DNA of 64,000 nucleotides, taken from the NCBI GenBank assembly GCA_947258585.1, contig CAMYIZ010000016.1, positions 12,085 to 76,084 of the forward strand. Reading direction: 5' to 3'. Position 1 is the first letter of the stretch, and every line of letters starts with the position of its first letter. Origin of the DNA: an uncultured Haliea sp. (GTDB lineage Bacteria; Pseudomonadota; Gammaproteobacteria; Pseudomonadales; Halieaceae). Shown here in pieces: positions 60,425-64,000 of the stretch. A program made the translations under genes and the position numbers. The notes under the pieces were generated by a model. The model was not told the origin of the DNA. It saw only the letters and a list, made by a program, of their open reading frames with translations, and ran no database searches.

Positions 60425-61174
60425 TCAGGACAGCGTACCGCCGTCCACCCGGATATCCTCACCGGTAATGTGGACCCCGTCCTCCGAGGCCAGCATGGCA
60501 ATGACCCCCGCCATGACCTCCGGGCTTTTGGGGCCCGAAAGTGAGGAGATACGTCCGATCAGCTCGAAATCCATGTTGGGCGGCCACTTGATGTCCACCG
60601 TCATGCCGGTGTTGATATCGCCGGGGCAGACACAGTTCGCCCGCACGCCGCGCTTGGCGTACTCGACCGCAATGCTCCGGGTCATGGCCAGCACACCGCC
60701 CTTGCTGGCGGAGTAGGCCACACCGTGCGGAAGTCCGGCGAGGGCGGCGGTGGAGGCGGCATTGACGATGCTGCCGCGGCTCTCCATCAGGTGCGGCAGT
60801 ACCTCCCGGCAGAGGATCATGGTGCCGGTCAAATTGACGTCGATAACCCGCTGCCAGGCACTGGTCGCCAATGTATCGGTGTCATCGAAACGCAGAATGC
60901 CTGCCATGTTCACCAGCGCGTAAAGGCTGCCGTAGCGGGCAATACAGGCCGCTACCGCCGCCTGTACCTGGGTCTCGTCCGACACATCGCAAAGCTGGGC
61001 AGTGGCTTCCCCCGCCGCCGCAGCGATCAGGGCGAGGCTCTCGTCCAGGCCGGCCTGATTCACGTCGAGACAAAAGATCTTGCCACCTTCGGCGGCGATG
61101 CGCAGTGCCGCCGCCCGCCCGATGCCGCTGCCGGCACCCGTCACCAGTACTACCTTGTCCGTGAATCGCTGCAT
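60425..61174 (-). CDS. SDR family oxidoreductase
   Basis: TGAGSGIG, LVNMAG, YSASKGG, NCVCPG. Confidence 0.92.
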   Translation of the reverse strand: MQRFTDKVVLVTGAGSGIGRAAALRIAAEGGKIFCLDVNQAGLDESLALIAAAAGEATAQLCDVSDETQVQAAVAACIARYGSLYALVNMAGILRFDDTDTLATSAWQRVIDVNLTGTMILCREVLPHLMESRGSIVNAASTAALAGLPHGVAYSASKGGVLAMTRSIAVEYAKRGVRANCVCPGDINTGMTVDIKWPPNMDFELIGRISSLSGPKSPEVMAGVIAMLASEDGVHITGEDIRVDGGTLS

Positions 61175-61403
61175 TGCCCGGTTCCCTTGCTTGTTGACGA
61201 GCGCGCAGCATGACCAGCCCGACAGCGCCGGTCAACGCGGGCAGTACACAGCGCTGAACCCGGCGCTGGAGATTGCGCGGCGCCGGCGGGTTTGCTGCTC
61301 TATACCAGGCAGGCATCAGCGTCATCCGCAGCAGCAAAGGACGTTGCTTCTGGCCCCGTGGCATTTACCCTTGGCAACCGGCTGCCCTTCAGGAGACAAG
61401 CAC

Positions 61404-62612
61404 GTGGACGATCTGGAACTATTTCGCGAGGAAACCCGCCAGTGGCTGGAGGCCAACTGCCCGCCGTCCCAGCGCCTGCCCAACACCCCCGAAGAGCAAT
61501 ACTGGGGCGGTCGCCGCGGAAAATTTGCCAGCGAGGACAGCCGCCAGTGGTTCGAGCGCATGCGTGATCGCGGCTGGACCGCGCCGGAATGGCCTGCAGC
61601 CTACGGTGGCGGCGGGCTGACGCCACAGCAGGGACAGGTGCTGAAAGAAGAGATGAAGCGGATCCGCGCCCGTACGCCACTGTACAGCCTCGGCCTGTGG
61701 ATGCTGGGCCCGGCCCTGCTGGAGTACGGCACCGAAGCACAGAAGCAGAAGCACCTGCGCGCCATCGTCAACGGTGAGCTGCGCTGGTGCCAGGGGTATT
61801 CGGAGCCCGGCGCCGGCTCCGATCTGGCCAGCCTGCAGACGCGCGCGGAAGACAAGGGCGATCACTTCCTGGTCAATGGCAGCAAGATCTGGACTACCGC
61901 CGCCGACAGGTCTGACTGGATCTTTTGCCTGGTGCGCACCGACCCCGCGGCAAAGAAACAGGAGGGCATCAGCTTCCTGTTGATCGATATGGACAGCCCC
62001 GGGGTCAGCACGACGCCGATAGCGCTGATCAGCGGCGAGTCGGAATTCTGCCAGACATTTTTCGACAACGTGCAGGTGCCGAAGGAAAACCTGGTCGGCG
62101 GCCTCAACAGGGGCTGGTCCGTGGCCAAGGCCCTGCTGGTGCACGAGCGCAAACTGATGGCGGAGATCGGCAGTGAATCCCCGCGACAGGAAGTACCGCC
62201 GGTGCAGGCCGCCCGCGAGTACCTGGCGTTTGCCGACGGGCGGATCGCCAACAGCCAGTTGCGCAGCGACCTGGCCAGCTTTGAAATGCGCATGCACGCT
62301 ATCGCCCTCACTCACATGCGCGGCTTTGAGGAGCGCGCCGGTGGTCAGCAGAGCACGGTCGGCCTGTGCATGAAATACCTGGGCACGGAAGCCGTGAAGG
62401 AGAAGAGCGAACTGCTGCTGGCCATCATGGGCAGCCGTGGACTGGGCTGGGAAGCACCGGGTTTTACCCCCGAAGAACTGGACACAACCCGTCTCTGGGC
62501 CGGCTCCAAGGCGATGACCATTGCCGGCGGTACTACCGAGGTACAGCTCAACGTGATCGCGCGCAATATCCTGCAGCTACCGCAGGCACCGAAAGCCGCG
62601 ACAGAGTCCTGA
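61404..62612 (+). CDS. Acyl-CoA dehydrogenase (PimC/FadE-type subunit)
   Basis: GTG start after AGGAG; WCQGYSEPGAGSDLASL, NGSKIWTT, TIAGGTTEVQLNVIA. Confidence 0.93.
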   Translation: MDDLELFREETRQWLEANCPPSQRLPNTPEEQYWGGRRGKFASEDSRQWFERMRDRGWTAPEWPAAYGGGGLTPQQGQVLKEEMKRIRARTPLYSLGLWMLGPALLEYGTEAQKQKHLRAIVNGELRWCQGYSEPGAGSDLASLQTRAEDKGDHFLVNGSKIWTTAADRSDWIFCLVRTDPAAKKQEGISFLLIDMDSPGVSTTPIALISGESEFCQTFFDNVQVPKENLVGGLNRGWSVAKALLVHERKLMAEIGSESPRQEVPPVQAAREYLAFADGRIANSQLRSDLASFEMRMHAIALTHMRGFEERAGGQQSTVGLCMKYLGTEAVKEKSELLLAIMGSRGLGWEAPGFTPEELDTTRLWAGSKAMTIAGGTTEVQLNVIARNILQLPQAPKAATES

Positions 62613-62622
62613 GGAGACCACC

Positions 62623-63762
62623 ATGGCACTGGTACTGAATGAAGAACAACGCCTGCTGGCCGAGACTGCCCGCGAGTTCCTGCAGGAGAATGCGCCCGTA
62701 GCGGCCCTGCGATCCCTGCGCGACAGCCGGGACACAACCGGCTACAGCCGGGATCTGTGGCGGCAGATGGCGGAGCTGGGCTGGGCCAGCGTGATCCTGC
62801 CGGAAACTTACGGCGGCCTCGAGTTTGGCTTTACCGGCATCGGGGTATTGCTGCAGGAGACCGGCCGCACGCTGACGGCATCGCCGCTGTTCGCCAGCGC
62901 CGTGGTCGGCGCGTCCGCCATTCTGCTGGGAGGGACAGAAGCGCAGCGCGAGGACTACCTGCCGCGGCTCGCGGCCGGTGACCTGACCCTGGCCCTGGCC
63001 CTGGAGGAAAGCCATCACCATCGCCCCTTCGGTAGCGCGACGCGCGCGGAGCTGAACGGTGACAGTATCACCCTCAATGGCGAAAAATGTTTCGTCCTCG
63101 ACGGCCACTCGGCGGATACACTGCTGGTGGTGGCGCGCAGTGCCGGTCTCCCGGGCGACCGCGACGGACTCAGCGTGGTCCTGGTGCCGCGCGACAGCGC
63201 CGGCGTGGAGTGCCAGCGCACCCTGATGGTGGACAGCCGCAATGCCGCCAATATCCGCTTCCACGATGTCAGCCTGCCGTCCACGGCGATTCTGGGCGAG
63301 CCCGGCACCGCCGGTGCCTGGCTCGACACCGTGCTGGACCGGGGGCGTGTTACCCTGGCGGCGGAAATGCTGGGCAGCGCGGAGGAAGTTTTTGCCCGCA
63401 CCGTGGCCTGGCTCAAGGAGCGAGTTCAGTTCGGAGTTCCCATCGGCAGCTTCCAGGCCCTGCAGCATCGTGCGTCCCGCCTGCAGGCAGAACTGGAACT
63501 GGCGCGGTCCGTGGTATTGCACGCCCTGGCCACTGTGGACGACAACCCGCAGCAGCTGGCGCTGAGCGCAAGCCTGGCGAAAGCCACCCTCAATGAACTG
63601 GTAAAACTGGCAACCAATGAGGCGGTGCAGATGCACGGCGGCATTGGTGTGACTGACGAACTGGAAATCGGCTTCTTCCTGAAGCGGGCCCGTGTCACCA
63701 TGCAGATATTTGGCGACACAGGATTTCACAGGGATCGCTACGCCAGCCTCTGCGGCTACTGA
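62623..63762 (+). CDS. Acyl-CoA dehydrogenase (PimD/FadE-type partner subunit)
   Basis: AGGAG SD; RVQFGVPIGSFQALQH, VQMHGGIGVTDE; lacks the SEPxAGSD motif. Confidence 0.93.
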   Translation: MALVLNEEQRLLAETAREFLQENAPVAALRSLRDSRDTTGYSRDLWRQMAELGWASVILPETYGGLEFGFTGIGVLLQETGRTLTASPLFASAVVGASAILLGGTEAQREDYLPRLAAGDLTLALALEESHHHRPFGSATRAELNGDSITLNGEKCFVLDGHSADTLLVVARSAGLPGDRDGLSVVLVPRDSAGVECQRTLMVDSRNAANIRFHDVSLPSTAILGEPGTAGAWLDTVLDRGRVTLAAEMLGSAEEVFARTVAWLKERVQFGVPIGSFQALQHRASRLQAELELARSVVLHALATVDDNPQQLALSASLAKATLNELVKLATNEAVQMHGGIGVTDELEIGFFLKRARVTMQIFGDTGFHRDRYASLCGY

Positions 63763-63797
63763 TCTGCAACACCCATCACCAACACAGGACACACAGC

Positions 63798-64000
63798 ATG
63801 GAAAACAGCGATAAAATTGCGATGGTAGAGCGCTATGTCGAAGCCTTCGAGCAGGGCGACGTCAACATCATCCGCGGCATGTACGCCCCTGATGCCGTCG
63901 TCGAGGACCCGGTCGGGACCGAGCCGCACCGCGGCCTGGACGCCATCTGCACCTTCTACGAGGGCGCCCTGGGCGCCGGCGCCAAGCTGAAACTCACCGG
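63798..64000 (+). CDS. Ketosteroid isomerase-like NTF2/SnoaL protein; runs off the window
   Basis: Manual translation: MENSDKIAMVERYVEAFEQGD..YAPDAVVEDPVGTEPHRGLDAICTFY; Y13, D37 and Y54 align with KSI Tyr14, Asp38 and Tyr55. Confidence 0.85.
   Translation, partial: MENSDKIAMVERYVEAFEQGDVNIIRGMYAPDAVVEDPVGTEPHRGLDAICTFYEGALGAGAKLKLT

Noticed and set aside
1-64000. CRISPR array, rRNA, transposase or prophage genes
   Set aside because: No regularly spaced repeats or hallmark proteins seen.

Overview
High-GC gammaproteobacterial chromosome segment. Gene order and content suggest Cellvibrionales/Halieaceae (inference). Most of the window is conserved core: uvrB; tRNA-Asn; the gyrA-serC-pheA-tyrA-aroA-cmk-rpsA-ihfB-lapA-lapB-pyrF-comEA block; mtaD-ubiG-HAD-yciK; yciV-yciO-scpA-scpB-rluB; yciB-yciI; pdxJ; rimO; rsmE; msrA; htpX. 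The less ordinary parts are: (i) a marine 'dedicated sortase system' locus (VIT-VWA target divergent from pdsR-pdsS) with phased TGGC(A) repeats between them; (ii) a lower-GC patch after tRNA-Asn with small orphan genes, an entericidin, H-NS and a truC that lacks a canonical start and is in frame with hns; (iii) a 2TM-RCK-RyR channel-like gene next to a PAS-GGDEF-EAL gene, each preceded by a strong-SD upstream mini-ORF; (iv) a stand-alone wbpV-wbpL-wbpM-DHH cassette; (v) a ~104-bp palindromic element with ATGGA loops; (vi) an uncharacterised small protein-VWA-Pam18-like J-protein-hypothetical-htpX run; (vii) steroid/lipid-catabolism-like genes at the right end. I found no integrase, transposase, CRISPR array or rRNA. 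All family assignments come from motif recognition by eye, not database searches.
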